Shown: piece after piece, positions 18,903 to 29,380 of the stretch
Numbering within the stretch: position 1 is the first letter of the stretch
Layout of the letters: each line of letters begins with the position of its first letter
DNA from: an uncultured Actinomycetota bacterium
GTDB taxonomy: Bacteria; Actinomycetota; Actinomycetes; JAHEKZ01
DNA length: 64,000 bases
Assembly (NCBI GenBank): GCA_963829525.1
Contig: CAWHIJ010000003.1
Location: forward strand, 896,001 to 960,000
Reading direction: 5' to 3'
Position numbers and translations under genes: made by a program
The notes under the pieces: generated by a model
Database searches by the model: none
The model's input: only the letters and a program-made list of their open reading frames with translations
Told to the model about the DNA's origin: nothing

Positions 18903-20327
18903 ATGACGTTGCCCAGTGATGTTCAGCCCGCTGCGAGCGAACGCGTTGAGGCGCCGCTCACCCTCACTTTCTCGCCTCCGAGGTCGCTCGGCTGGTGGGA
19001 CCAGGCCGTGCTCTGGTTCAACCTGGGCGTCAGCCTCACCGGTCCGGTCACGGCGCTCTTTGTACTGTCGCCCTTCGGTGACGGCACCACGATGTCGTTG
19101 CTGGCTGCTTTCGTCGCGACCGTGCTCGGCGCGCTGCTGGGCGCAGGGCTGCTGGGGGCAGCGTCGGTGCCTGCCCAACGGACGGGTGCACCAAGCATGG
19201 TGCTGCTCCGCGGCCTCTTCGGTCGTCGTGGCTCGGTGGTCCCGACGGTATTGAACGTCGCGCAGAACGTCGGGTGGGGCACGATCGAGATCATCGTCAT
19301 CGCAGCAGCAGCCTCGGCGCTCTCCGGCGACCAGTGGCGACCGGTCTGGGTGATCCTGGCAGGCGTGGGTGCAACCGCCATGGCAGTTCGGCCGCTGGGT
19401 TCGGTCCGCCTGCTCCGGAAGATCGTCATCTGGCTGGTGCTTGCGGCAACCGTCTACCTCTTCTCGCAGCTGCTCAGTGAGCCGCTCCCTGACCTGACCG
19501 ACGGGGGTTGGACGGGTTTCGGTTACGCGACCGACACGGTGATTGCTGTGTGCGTCTCGTACGCGTTGTTGATCGGCGACTACAGCCGTCACTCGCGCAC
19601 CGCCAGGGCGTCTTTCTATGGTGCATGGGTTGGTTATGGGCTGGCGGCCATCATCTACATCGCGCTCGGCATCGTGGCGTTCTCGACGGTGGTCGACCTT
19701 GAAGGCGATGTGATCGCGGGGCTGCTTGCGGTGCCAGCTGGAGCCCTCGCGCTGCTCATCCTGACCGTGGACGAAGTCGACGAGGCCTTTGCGAACGTCT
19801 ACTCGACGACCATGTCGGTGCACAACCTGGCGCCCAACCTCGACCGCCGGTGGGTCTCGGTGGCAGTGGGCGTGATCGCCACTTCCTTGGCCTTGGTGAT
19901 CGACCTGAGCGGATACCAGTCCTTTCTGTTCCTGATCGGCTCGGTCTTCGTTCCTCTCACGGCTGTGATGATCACGGACTGGTTCGTGGTGTCTCGCGGC
20001 CGTTGGGACTTGTCGGAGTCGTCACCGCTGCGTCCGGCCATGCTCGGGTCCTGGCTCGTTGGTTTCATTGCCTATCAGCTGGTCAACCCGGGGGGAGTCG
20101 CCGGTTGGAACGACCTGTGGATCTGGATGCAGGGCCTGATCGGGTTCACGCCGCCGACGTGGCTGGCCGCGTCATGGTTCTCCCTTGTCGTTGCAGCTCT
20201 GGCGACTGTCCTGTTCGGCACGTTGGAGCGGGTCAGGGGCCGCGAGCGGGTTCAGCCGGATGACTTATTGGGGTCAACACGTGGGCTCGTACGCTCGTCC
20301 AGCTCGTCGAGAAGGTCGCGCAGCTGA
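18903..20327 (+). CDS. NCS1/purine-cytosine permease family, probable thiamine-precursor (HMP) transporter, CytX-like
   Basis: About 12 TM helices; LWFNLGVS, GDYSR, FANVYS; lies under the TPP riboswitch. Confidence 0.85.
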   Translation: MTLPSDVQPAASERVEAPLTLTFSPPRSLGWWDQAVLWFNLGVSLTGPVTALFVLSPFGDGTTMSLLAAFVATVLGALLGAGLLGAASVPAQRTGAPSMVLLRGLFGRRGSVVPTVLNVAQNVGWGTIEIIVIAAAASALSGDQWRPVWVILAGVGATAMAVRPLGSVRLLRKIVIWLVLAATVYLFSQLLSEPLPDLTDGGWTGFGYATDTVIAVCVSYALLIGDYSRHSRTARASFYGAWVGYGLAAIIYIALGIVAFSTVVDLEGDVIAGLLAVPAGALALLILTVDEVDEAFANVYSTTMSVHNLAPNLDRRWVSVAVGVIATSLALVIDLSGYQSFLFLIGSVFVPLTAVMITDWFVVSRGRWDLSESSPLRPAMLGSWLVGFIAYQLVNPGGVAGWNDLWIWMQGLIGFTPPTWLAASWFSLVVAALATVLFGTLERVRGRERVQPDDLLGSTRGLVRSSSSSRRSRS

Positions 20328-20764
20328 TCACGCACGAAGTCGCGGGTGGCGACCTCGTTGACGGCTAGTCGAAGTGAGGAGACCTCGCGGGTGATGAAGT
20401 CGTCGTCGGCGATGATGCGGTCGATGCGGGCTCGGTCCTCCCAGTACTGCACCCGGTCGCGGTCGGCCTGCCGGTTCTGGGACAGCAGGATCAATGGAGC
20501 GGCGTAGGACGCCTGCATCGAGAGCATCAGGGTCAGACCGATGAAGGGCCACTCGTCGAAACGCAGATCCTCAGGCGCGAACAGGTTCCAGAGCATCCAG
20601 GTCGCGATGAATGCCGTCATCCAGAAGATGAACCGCCAGGAGCCGATGAACCGGCTGATTCGCTCGGAGAGCTTCCCGAAGGCCTCCGGGTCGTAGGGGG
20701 AACGCACTCCTCGACGTGGCCCACGCGGCTGATCGAGGCGGCTGCGCTTCATCTCACGTGACAT
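20252..20764 (-). CDS. DUF1003 membrane protein
   Basis: FDEWPFIGLTLMLSMQASYAAPLILLSQNRQ. Confidence 0.92.
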   Translation of the reverse strand: MSREMKRSRLDQPRGPRRGVRSPYDPEAFGKLSERISRFIGSWRFIFWMTAFIATWMLWNLFAPEDLRFDEWPFIGLTLMLSMQASYAAPLILLSQNRQADRDRVQYWEDRARIDRIIADDDFITREVSSLRLAVNEVATRDFVRDQLRDLLDELDERTSPRVDPNKSSG

Positions 20765-22016
20765 CGGGTGCCCCCGCCGCCGCAGGCTCTTGGTTGCGCC
20801 AGTTGTCGGGCAGCATGTGGTCAATCACGTCGTCGACGGTGACAGCTCCGAGAAGCCGGTCGTTCTCGTCGACCACGGGGATAGCGACCAGGTTGTAGGA
20901 GGCCAGAACGTTGGTGACCTCGTGAAGTGATGCCTCGGGTGCGACGGGCTCGAGCTCAGAGTCGACCGCTTCGGTCACCAGCGCGCTCGGCGTCTCCCGC
21001 AGCAGCCGCTGGAAGTGCACAGAACCCAGGTAACGACCTGTGGGCACCTCGAGCGGCGGCCGGCAGACGTAAACCTGGGCGGCCAGTGCCGGTGGCAGGT
21101 CTGAGTTGCGAATGCGGGCCAGCGCCTCGGCAACCGTCGAGTCGGGGGCCAAGATCACCGGCTCCGGAGTCATCATTCCGCCTGCGGTGTACTCGTCGTA
21201 CTTCAGGAGCATGCGGACGTCCTCGGCTTCCTCCGGCTCCATCAGCTCGAGCAAGCGGGCTCGGGTGCCCTCGGGGATCTCGTTCAGAATATCTGCCGCA
21301 TCATCGGGGTCCATCTCCTCGAGCACGTCGGCGGCCCGCTCGTCGTCCAACCCGGTCAGGATGGCAACAGACTCCTCCTCGACCATCTCTCCCAGGACGT
21401 CAGCGAGGCGTTCGTCACCCAGGGCGTCGACCACATCTCCGCGACGCTTGGCGGTCAGCGCCTGTAGCGCGTGCGCGAGGTCGGCGGGACGCAGCTTCTC
21501 GTAAGACTCCAGGAGCCGCGTCGTCCCCTGGTCCTCGGCCCCGAGGGAGAGCCCGGTGATCTCGTTCCAGTCGACGACGAACTGCTCGCCGCGGCGCCTG
21601 AGCGTCTTGCCCTTCCGCTGGACGTAGACCTTGCTGACCTCCCAGTCGCGGGTGCGGAGCTGCTCCATGCCTACGTCCAGCAGCGTCACCGGCGACTCGT
21701 CCTCGACGACAGTCACGTGGGAGTCGAGCAGCTCGCCGACCACGAGCATCTCGCCAGGGCGCTGCTCGAAGCGTCGCAGGTTGAGCAGACCGCTGACCAC
21801 GACTCCGTCTGCGTCGATCGAGGTGACCCGGGTCATCGGCACGAAGATGCGTCGACGCGGTTGGACCTCGAGGACCAGACCGATGATCCGTGGCGGCCGG
21901 GGGACTGCGCGCAGCGTAGCGACGACGTCCCGGATCTTGCCGAGCTGGTCGCCGCTGGGGTCGAAGACCGATGCCCCCGTAAGTCGGGCGATGAAGACTC
22001 GGGTGGGGGCGCTCAC
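20754..22016 (-). CDS. MgtE N-terminal/CBS domain protein with PRC barrel
   Basis: VFDPSGDQLGKIRDV, MDPDDAAD, TAGGMMTPE, tandem CBS domains. Confidence 0.9.
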   Translation of the reverse strand: MSAPTRVFIARLTGASVFDPSGDQLGKIRDVVATLRAVPRPPRIIGLVLEVQPRRRIFVPMTRVTSIDADGVVVSGLLNLRRFEQRPGEMLVVGELLDSHVTVVEDESPVTLLDVGMEQLRTRDWEVSKVYVQRKGKTLRRRGEQFVVDWNEITGLSLGAEDQGTTRLLESYEKLRPADLAHALQALTAKRRGDVVDALGDERLADVLGEMVEEESVAILTGLDDERAADVLEEMDPDDAADILNEIPEGTRARLLELMEPEEAEDVRMLLKYDEYTAGGMMTPEPVILAPDSTVAEALARIRNSDLPPALAAQVYVCRPPLEVPTGRYLGSVHFQRLLRETPSALVTEAVDSELEPVAPEASLHEVTNVLASYNLVAIPVVDENDRLLGAVTVDDVIDHMLPDNWRNQEPAAAGAPDVT

Positions 22017-22077
22017 ATGCAGAGGCTACCGGCGGGGCCGCTGCTAACGTCCGATGCACCTAACCCAAGGAGCAGCC

Positions 22078-22974
22078 GTGTCTGATCTGGCGTCCCTGCC
22101 CTACGTGGTTCTCGATGTGTTTACCGAGCGGCCGTTCGCGGGCAATCCGCTGGCCGTGGTGATGGACGCCGAGGGCCTGACCGGCGAGCAGATGCTGCAG
22201 ATCACCCGTGAGTTCAACCTCTCCGAGACTGCCTTTCCCCTTCGCCCGACAGAGGCGGAGCGGACTGCTGGGGCTGACTACGCGCTGCGGATCTTCACTC
22301 CGGGGTCGGAGGTTCCGTTTGCTGGCCATCCGTCGGTCGGAACCGCCTGGTGGCTCGCCCATACGGGTCAGATTCCCCTGGGGCAGGTGGGGCAGCAGTG
22401 CGGAGTCGGTCTGCTGCCCGTCGAGGTGTCCGGGACCGGGGCTACCTTGACCGCTGGTCCGGCGTCGGTCTCAGACCCGTTGGACCCTGGCCAGGCTCTG
22501 GCCGCTATCGGCCTCGGGCCGGCCGACCTCACCGATCCCGAGATGCACATCGCCAGCACCGGTCTGGCCTTCGGTGTGGTCTTCGTGGCGCCAGACGCCT
22601 TATCCCGTTGTCGTCCCAACATGACCGTTCTCCGCGAGGAGTTCTCCTACCCGCGGCCGGCCACGGGTGTCTACGCCGTGGCGTGGGACGCCCCGCGGCG
22701 TCATGCCCGGGTGCGGATGTTTGCCGGTGACATCGGGTCGCCCGAGGACCCAGCGACTGGATCGGCGGCGCTCGCCCTCGGTGCCCTGCTCGTGGCGCGA
22801 GGTGAGCTCGCCGACGGTCGCCATGAGGTCACGATCGACCAGGGTGTCGAGATGGGTCGTCCGTCGAAGTTGACGGTGACGTGCGAAGTGGCATCTGGTG
22901 AGCTGAAGCGATTGCAGGTCGCCGGCAGCGTCGTCAAGATTGCCGAGGGCAGTGTTGCCGTCCCACCCGCCTGA
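22078..22974 (+). CDS. PhzF family epimerase/isomerase
   Basis: DVFTERPFAGNPLAVV, NLSETAF, FAGHPSVG, EDPATGSA, QGVEMGRPS. Confidence 0.93.
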   Translation: MSDLASLPYVVLDVFTERPFAGNPLAVVMDAEGLTGEQMLQITREFNLSETAFPLRPTEAERTAGADYALRIFTPGSEVPFAGHPSVGTAWWLAHTGQIPLGQVGQQCGVGLLPVEVSGTGATLTAGPASVSDPLDPGQALAAIGLGPADLTDPEMHIASTGLAFGVVFVAPDALSRCRPNMTVLREEFSYPRPATGVYAVAWDAPRRHARVRMFAGDIGSPEDPATGSAALALGALLVARGELADGRHEVTIDQGVEMGRPSKLTVTCEVASGELKRLQVAGSVVKIAEGSVAVPPA

Positions 22975-23033
22975 CGCCTTGTGCACGCCACGCCCTCGCC
23001 GCTAGCGCCACGCACGTGCGGTCCGGCGATGGC

Positions 23034-23579
23034 TCAGCGGCGACGGCGCCTCTTGGTGGCCTTGCCTGCGTGAAAGGGCTTGCGCGCCGAGGTGGTGGCG
23101 TCAGTGGCGACAGGTTCGGCGCGGTGCGCGCTGTCCGACATGGCCCCCGGCCGCTCAGTGACCTCGGCGGTCGGACGCAGCAGCCACAGAGTGCTCTCCT
23201 TCGCCCACCGCTGGGGTTGCGCCTCACCGTCAGGCGGATTCAGTCGCTTGGGATGCAGAGCGGACGCCGCGCTCTGCCACGCGTCAGAACCGGGCCGCAG
23301 ATGCTCGACGATGGCCTGCACCGCCGCCTCGCGGGCCCGGTTCTCTTTGCTGCGGAGGATCACCTCGACTGTTGCGCCATCGACGAGGCCCGGATCACCC
23401 TGCTCGATCCCCCCGGTGATGACCGCGATCGCGTCGTCGTGCCAGACGTTCCAGAGCGCGCGCGGAGGCCGCCCGGAGACGACGACCCATACGAGGTCGG
23501 ACTTGCCGGCGAGGTCGGCAATCAGCGCAGGAAGGAGCTCGGCGTCCAGCGCCTGTTCTGGCTTGGGCGCAGTGCTCAT
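23034..23579 (-). CDS. Conserved hypothetical protein (split-barrel/PNPOx-like)
   Basis: KSDLVWV..PRALWNVWHD...KRLN pattern; ATG at 23579. Confidence 0.65.
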   Translation of the reverse strand: MSTAPKPEQALDAELLPALIADLAGKSDLVWVVVSGRPPRALWNVWHDDAIAVITGGIEQGDPGLVDGATVEVILRSKENRAREAAVQAIVEHLRPGSDAWQSAASALHPKRLNPPDGEAQPQRWAKESTLWLLRPTAEVTERPGAMSDSAHRAEPVATDATTSARKPFHAGKATKRRRRR

Positions 23580-23710
23580 GCCGGTAGCCTGCCACAACCG
23601 CTTGAGGAGTCGGGTGGATGAGGGAACGTGCCAGACCCGGCGCTAGGCTCCGCAGGACCGCGCCGACCGTCCACCTGGCGGCGACCTCACAGCCCGATCG
23701 GAGAAGGTCG

Positions 23711-24706
23711 ATGGCAGAACGCACACTTCGTCCCCGTCGCTCCAACCTGGCCGTCCCGGGCAGCAGCCCGAAGATGTTGGAGAAGGCCAAGGGGCTGCCT
23801 GCCGACCAGGTGTTCCTCGACATCGAGGACGCGGTGGCGCCGCTGGCCAAACCGGAAGCACGCAAGAACATCGTTGCTGCCCTGAACGAAGGCGGCTACG
23901 GCGACAAGGTGCGCACCGTTCGGGTCAACGACCTCACCACCCAGTGGACCTACCGCGACGTCATCGAGGTGGTCGAAGGAGCGGGTGCCAACCTCGACTG
24001 CATCATGCTGCCGAAGGTGCAGACAGCGGAGCAGATCGTCACTCTCGACATCCTGCTGACGCAGATCGAAAAGGCCAACGGCCTGGAAGTCGGTCGCCTT
24101 GGTATCGAGGCGCAGATCGAGAACGCGCTTGGCCTGATCAACGTCGACGCGATCGCGGCTGCCAGCCCGCGCGTCGAGACCATCATCTTTGGACCCGCCG
24201 ACTTCATGGCCAGCATCAACATGCGCACTCTTGTTGTCGGTGAGCAGCCGGCGGGCTACACCGAGGGGGACGCCTACCACTACATCCTGATGCGGATCCT
24301 GATGGCCGCGCGGGCATACGACAAGCAGGCGATCGACGGCCCGTACCTGCAGATCCGCGACGTGGACGGGTACCGCAGGGTTGCCGACCGAGCTGCGGCC
24401 CTCGGCTTCGACGGCAAGTGGGTGCTGCACCCCGGGCAGGTGGACGTCGCCAACGAGGTCTTCTCGCCGAAGCAGGAGGACTTTGACCATGCCGAACTCA
24501 TCCTCGACGCGTACGCCTTCTACACCTCAGAAGCGGGTGGCAAGCGCGGCGCAGTGATGATCGGCAGCGAGATGATCGATGAGGCGTCAAACAAGATGGC
24601 TCTGGTGATCAGCGGCAAAGGGCGCGCCGCCGGCATGCAGCGAACGGTCTGGTTCGACCCCGAAAGCGACGATGCGCGCACGACCATTTCGCCCGAGGGC
24701 ACCTGA
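23711..24706 (+). CDS. CitE/HpcH family CoA-ester lyase (malyl-/beta-methylmalyl-CoA lyase-like)
   Basis: [46 protein letters not shown]. Confidence 0.9.
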   Translation: MAERTLRPRRSNLAVPGSSPKMLEKAKGLPADQVFLDIEDAVAPLAKPEARKNIVAALNEGGYGDKVRTVRVNDLTTQWTYRDVIEVVEGAGANLDCIMLPKVQTAEQIVTLDILLTQIEKANGLEVGRLGIEAQIENALGLINVDAIAAASPRVETIIFGPADFMASINMRTLVVGEQPAGYTEGDAYHYILMRILMAARAYDKQAIDGPYLQIRDVDGYRRVADRAAALGFDGKWVLHPGQVDVANEVFSPKQEDFDHAELILDAYAFYTSEAGGKRGAVMIGSEMIDEASNKMALVISGKGRAAGMQRTVWFDPESDDARTTISPEGT

Positions 24707-25476
24707 TGTCCTTCTTTTCCCTGGACGGCAAGGTCGCCCTCGTCACGGGGGCCGGCAGCGCAGATGGCATCGGGTTTGCCTGCGCGCAGGTGATTCACTC
24801 GCTGGGTGCGACGGTTGCGGTTGCGGCGACTTCCGAGCGCATCCACGAGCGAGCGGCCGAACTTGGGGGCGGCTCGCAGGGCTTCGTCGCCGACCTCACT
24901 AACCCGGCTGAGGTCGAGCGCCTCGTTGGTCAGGTTGAGGCTGCCATTGGCCCGATCGATCTGCTCGTCAACAACGCAGGCATGACGAGCGTGACCGACG
25001 AGGAGAGCTGGCTCTCGATCACCGAGATGACGCCGGATCAGTGGCGCAGCGGCATCATGCGCAACCTCGACACCGCGTTCCTGGTGAGCCGTGCCGTCAT
25101 GCCAGGGATGGCGTCGCGTGGCTTTGGTCGCATCGTCAACGTGACGTCCACCTCCGGCACCACCTGTGCAATGCCGAACGAGGCTTCATATGTAGCGGGC
25201 AAGGGTGGGATGCGCGGATTGACCCTCGCCACTGCCGTTGAGACCGCGACGTCGGGTGTCACCTGCAATGCGGTAGCCCCTGGGTGGATTCGGACTCCGT
25301 CGTCGCTTTCGCAAGAGCTGGAATACGGGGAGCGGACGCCGATGCGCCGCATGGGCGAGCCCGTGGAGATCGCCGCGGCGGTGGCGTTCTTCTGCTCGCC
25401 GGCGGCTTCCTATGTGACGGGCCAGACCTTGGTCGTCGACGGGGGTAACTCGATCCGTGAGGCGAACCCGGCCTGA
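24706..25476 (+). CDS. SDR family oxidoreductase
   Basis: [22 protein letters not shown] catalytic motif, [10 protein letters not shown]. Confidence 0.92.
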   Translation: MSFFSLDGKVALVTGAGSADGIGFACAQVIHSLGATVAVAATSERIHERAAELGGGSQGFVADLTNPAEVERLVGQVEAAIGPIDLLVNNAGMTSVTDEESWLSITEMTPDQWRSGIMRNLDTAFLVSRAVMPGMASRGFGRIVNVTSTSGTTCAMPNEASYVAGKGGMRGLTLATAVETATSGVTCNAVAPGWIRTPSSLSQELEYGERTPMRRMGEPVEIAAAVAFFCSPAASYVTGQTLVVDGGNSIREANPA

Positions 25477-25574
25477 TCGGTCGATAGGACACGAATGCGT
25501 CGCGGCCATTCCATGTGTGCGGGCTCCTCGCTAGGGTGACGCGCACTGTCACTGCGGATCCAACGGGGGATCAA

Positions 25575-27040
25575 ATGTCGCTATCAGGGCTGTCCGGTCT
25601 GTCACCACGGCGTCGCACGGCGATCGGCGCTCGCCTTCGCCACAGCTGCTGCCGTACTGACGCCGCTTCCGGCCACCGCGGGGGTGGCAGCCACCCCCAG
25701 CATCACCGCTCCCTCCGCCGGCGCCACCGTCGTGTCGTCGCCAATGCTCGTCAGCGCCGACAGCAGCGCCGCGTTCGTGCGGTTCGTCGTGGCGGGGCAG
25801 GTCGAGCAGACGGTGGCGGTCTCGGGTGGTTCGGCGGTGACGGAGGTCCCGGTGCACGGGCTGCTCGGCAGCACGGGGATCGACGCCTACGACTGCGACA
25901 GTCTGGTTTCCTGCGCCACCATCCGGCGAGTCTCACTGTGGATGTCGATCTGGAGGCCCCCGAGATCGCCGCTCCTCGCGTAACGACGTCGTGGGCAACT
26001 CGGTAACGGTCAAGGTGAAGCACCCTCTGGGACGGCGCCCTGCGCTTCTTCGTCGACGGCTCGCCTGCCGGCAAGGTCTTCGGGTCTTCGACCACAGCTC
26101 GCGAAGACGGTCTCCCTCAAGGACCGCAAGGACGGTGACCACGTCCTGTCCGTGCAGCAGTGCAACTCAGACGGTTCCATCTGTGACGGTGGCACCGACT
26201 CCGTGAGGGTCATCAAGGACACCAAGGCGCCCACCTGGTCAGATGTCAGCACATCGAATGGCACGGTGTATCCGGTCAAGGACAACTACAAAGACAGCAC
26301 GCAACTGTCGGCACGGGTTAGCGAGAACGTGTCCGACGCCAAGGTCGAGATCCGCAAGGCAGGAGGGCCGATAGTTCGGACCCTTCAGCTCGGCCGAATC
26401 GATGCAGGGCGGGTCAGGGCTACGTGGAACGGTCGAAAGAGCAACGGCGACATCGCGCCCAAAGGGAAGTACACCTTCCGCTTCATCGGCACTGACAAAG
26501 GGGGACTGGTCGGCAAGAGTAATGACAAGGTCGTCAATGTCTCGGACAAAGAGCTCGTCAAGAAGGACGTGACCAAGACGGTGAGTGCCCTAGGTAGCGG
26601 GCTCGGTGACTACTCAGGTGGTTGCTCGCGTGTCGTGGTGATGCGAAGTCTGGACGGCTACGCGCGCGACTGGAAGAACGGGCTGCAGTGGCAGTCGAAC
26701 TTCAGAAGAAGTTGCACCGGTGTTGCGGGGGTAGCGATGTCCGCGCACGTCGCCAAGACTGAGCAAGCCATCAGGTACGGCAGTTTTCAGATCTCCACCT
26801 ACGGAGGGGGCGTCACTGAAGAACGGTGGTCCGGCAAAGATCTTGTACGCGAAGAAGAACGAGACGATCGGCGCTCAGCAGGCGCTCGGGACAGGGCTGG
26901 GGTGGCACAAAGGTGACCGTGAGTCACTGGCCAAGTATCTCTTCGGTTCAAAGCTCCTCTGGTATGTGGGCACGACGAACGGCAACTGGTACGACGTCAA
27001 GGAGTTCAAGATCTCTTACTCGGTCTCCGTGCTGAGGTAG
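25575..27040 (+). pseudogene. Secreted Ig-like/FlgD-domain protein, multiply frameshifted (pseudogene or sequence errors)
   Basis: Signal-peptide-like start; FlgD-Ig motif WNGRKSNGDIAPKGKYTF; coding sense jumps frame near 25628, 25930, 25990-26100 (several times) and 26825. Confidence 0.7.
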
Positions 27041-27043
27041 CCC

Positions 27044-28305
27044 TCACCCCACGTCGCGAGCGGTGAGCTCGTCGTAGGTCTCTCGGCGAACGACGAGCCT
27101 CGCCGAGCCGTCACGCACGAAGACCACGGGCGGTCGCAGTGCCCCGTTGTAGTTGCTCAACAGTGTGTACGTGTACGCGCCAGTGACGGGCACTGCGACG
27201 ATGTCACCCACCTGCGGGTCGGCAAGCGGCAGGTCGGAGGCGAACAGGTCACCCGACTCGCATTGCCGCCCTACGAGCTCGACGGGTGCCCCTCCGCCGT
27301 TGGCCGGTCGGCGAGCACAGCGTCAAACCGGGTGCCGACGTACGTGGACGCCTCCAGGTTGTCGGCGATCCCCCCGTCGACCGCGACGAAGGCCGGGGCG
27401 CCGCGCTTGACGGTGACCACGCGATAGAGGGTCACCGCCGACTGGGCCACCAGCGAGCGCCCCGGCTCAATCCAGAGCTCAGCGGCATCAGGAAGGTGCT
27501 CGGAGGCCGCCTCCGTGATGGTGTCGAGGTACTCGTCAACGGTCGGGGCCTTGTCGGTTCGGTGATAGCGGACGCCGAGTCCGCCGCCAACGTCGTAGAC
27601 GTCGAACGTTCCGAGGTCTGCCACCGCTGCTACGGCCTCGGCAAAGGCGTCGACGGTCAGGATCTGTGAGCCGATGTGCAGGTGAATCCCTCGAACCTCG
27701 AACCTCGCACTGCTCCGCATGTGGGAGATCGCTCGCCGTGCCTCGTCGAGCGGCAACCCAAACTTCGAGCCGTGGTGACCGGTCGAGATCGCAGCCATGG
27801 TGGGGGCGTCGACTCCGGGGATCACGCGAAGCAGCACCGACTGACGAGGGCCGTCGACCTGCTCGAGGCGGTTGATGTCATCCCACCCATCGATGACTAC
27901 TGTCCCGACTCCGTTCGCAACGGCCAGCCCCAGTTCGTGGTCAGTCTTTGCGTTTCCGTGCAGCACCATCTGGCCAGCGGGTACCTGTGCTTTCAGCGCT
28001 GTGATCAGCTCACCGGCCCCAGCCACGTCGATGTGCAGACCCTCCTCAGCCATGACGCGGTAGATCGCGGTGCATGGGAACGACTTGGACGCGAACGCCA
28101 CGCTCGATCCGGGACGCCGCCGCGTCAGGCCATCGGCGAACTCGCGGGCGCGTTGCCGCAATGCGCCTTCGTCGACGATTTGTACCGGCGTTCCGTACTC
28201 ATCAGCAAGCGCCGAGAGCTTGACGCCGCCGACTACGAGCGCACCGTCGGTGTCAACCACGGTCGAAGTCGGAAAGAGCGAGAGCAGTTCGGGCTCAATG
28301 GGCAT
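27044..28305 (-). pseudogene. lysA: Diaminopimelate decarboxylase-like PLP enzyme with one frameshift near 27300
   Basis: FASKSF, LHGNAKT, HLHIGSQI, EPGRSLV in one frame; VGRQCESGD...TGAYTY..NYNGALRPPVVFV continues in another frame to TGA at 27044. Confidence 0.82.
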
Positions 28306-28330
28306 CACACGGCTCCCTCTGTTGCGTCGC

Positions 28331-29282
28331 TTAGGTGCATCTCCTCCGATGAGCCACACCACGAGTTCTTCGGCTCGGTTCACGAGCTCGAGGTGTCCGC
28401 CGGACATCGTGACGACGAGTGCACCCGGCACATGGCTGGCGAGCCATCGTCCGTGAGCCGGCGGTACCAGGGTGTCCTCGGTGCCGTACCAGACCATTGC
28501 GGGAACGGAGAGCGTCTGACAGGTCGAAGCCCCAGTCCTTGACGAAGACGAGGTCGTCGTCAAGCCAGCCGTCGACCCCCTGACGGTACGCCTCCTCGAT
28601 CAGGCGCTGCATCCTTACCGCGTAGGCGGGGCGAGCCATGATCTCGCGGTCGCTCTCAGACATCTCGTAAGTCTCACCGAGTGGGTTGGTCGGATCGGCC
28701 ATCACTCGCTCCAGGTCAGCAGCGGCCAATCGCTGCAGCTCGGGGCGAAGGCGCGCCTCGCCCGCACATCGACCAGGTGAACTCGTCGACGTTGCCTTGG
28801 GTCATGCCGGCCAACCACTCGTCTTGCGGCAGGCCGGTGGCACCCAGGGGAGCAACCCCAACGACGCAACCCACCCGGGTCACCCGTTCAGGGAGGAGGG
28901 TCGCGACCGCCAGGCAGTGTGGCCCACCGCCGGAACCACCGGTGACCGCGAAGTGATCGAGGCCGAGCTCATCGGCAATGGCCGCCACGTCGGCCGCGGC
29001 GTCTGCGACAGAGCGGTCGGGACGCCGCGTCGACAGACCATAGCCAGGACGGTCAAAGCCGATTGCGCGGACACCGAGTCGCTCGTAGAGATCAGCCTTG
29101 TCCGGTGGCGGCCCGCCATACCGAGAGCCAGGAGTGCCGTGGATGCTGATGATCGGGAAACCGTCAGGGGGTCCGTACTCGGCGACCCCGAGAACGTGGT
29201 CATCGGGCGTTGACACCGTCGTCTGACGGGCGTTGGGGTCGGGTACGGACGCGCCTCCGCTCACCCATGGTTCTTTGGTCAT
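28331..29282 (-). pseudogene. Alpha/beta hydrolase, frameshifted near 28760 and 28510
   Basis: HGTPGSR, DRPGYG, GGSGGGPH; then DDLVFVKDWGFDL; then WYGTEDTLVP..GGHL, spread over three frames. Confidence 0.78.
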
Positions 29283-29380
29283 GCCGGGGAGCGTACCGGC
29301 GCGTGGGACATGGTGTGGATACGATCGAATCTCGACGGCAGGCGTCCCAGCCGCCGTACGTGATGCAAAGGAGTCGCGGC

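Noticed and set aside
22078-22974. Phenazine biosynthesis
   Set aside because: Solitary PhzF-family gene with no other phz genes
27271-28563. Apparent hydrolase-LysA fusion ORF (430 aa)
   Set aside because: Product of frameshifts; lysA has its own SD and start at 28305-28308
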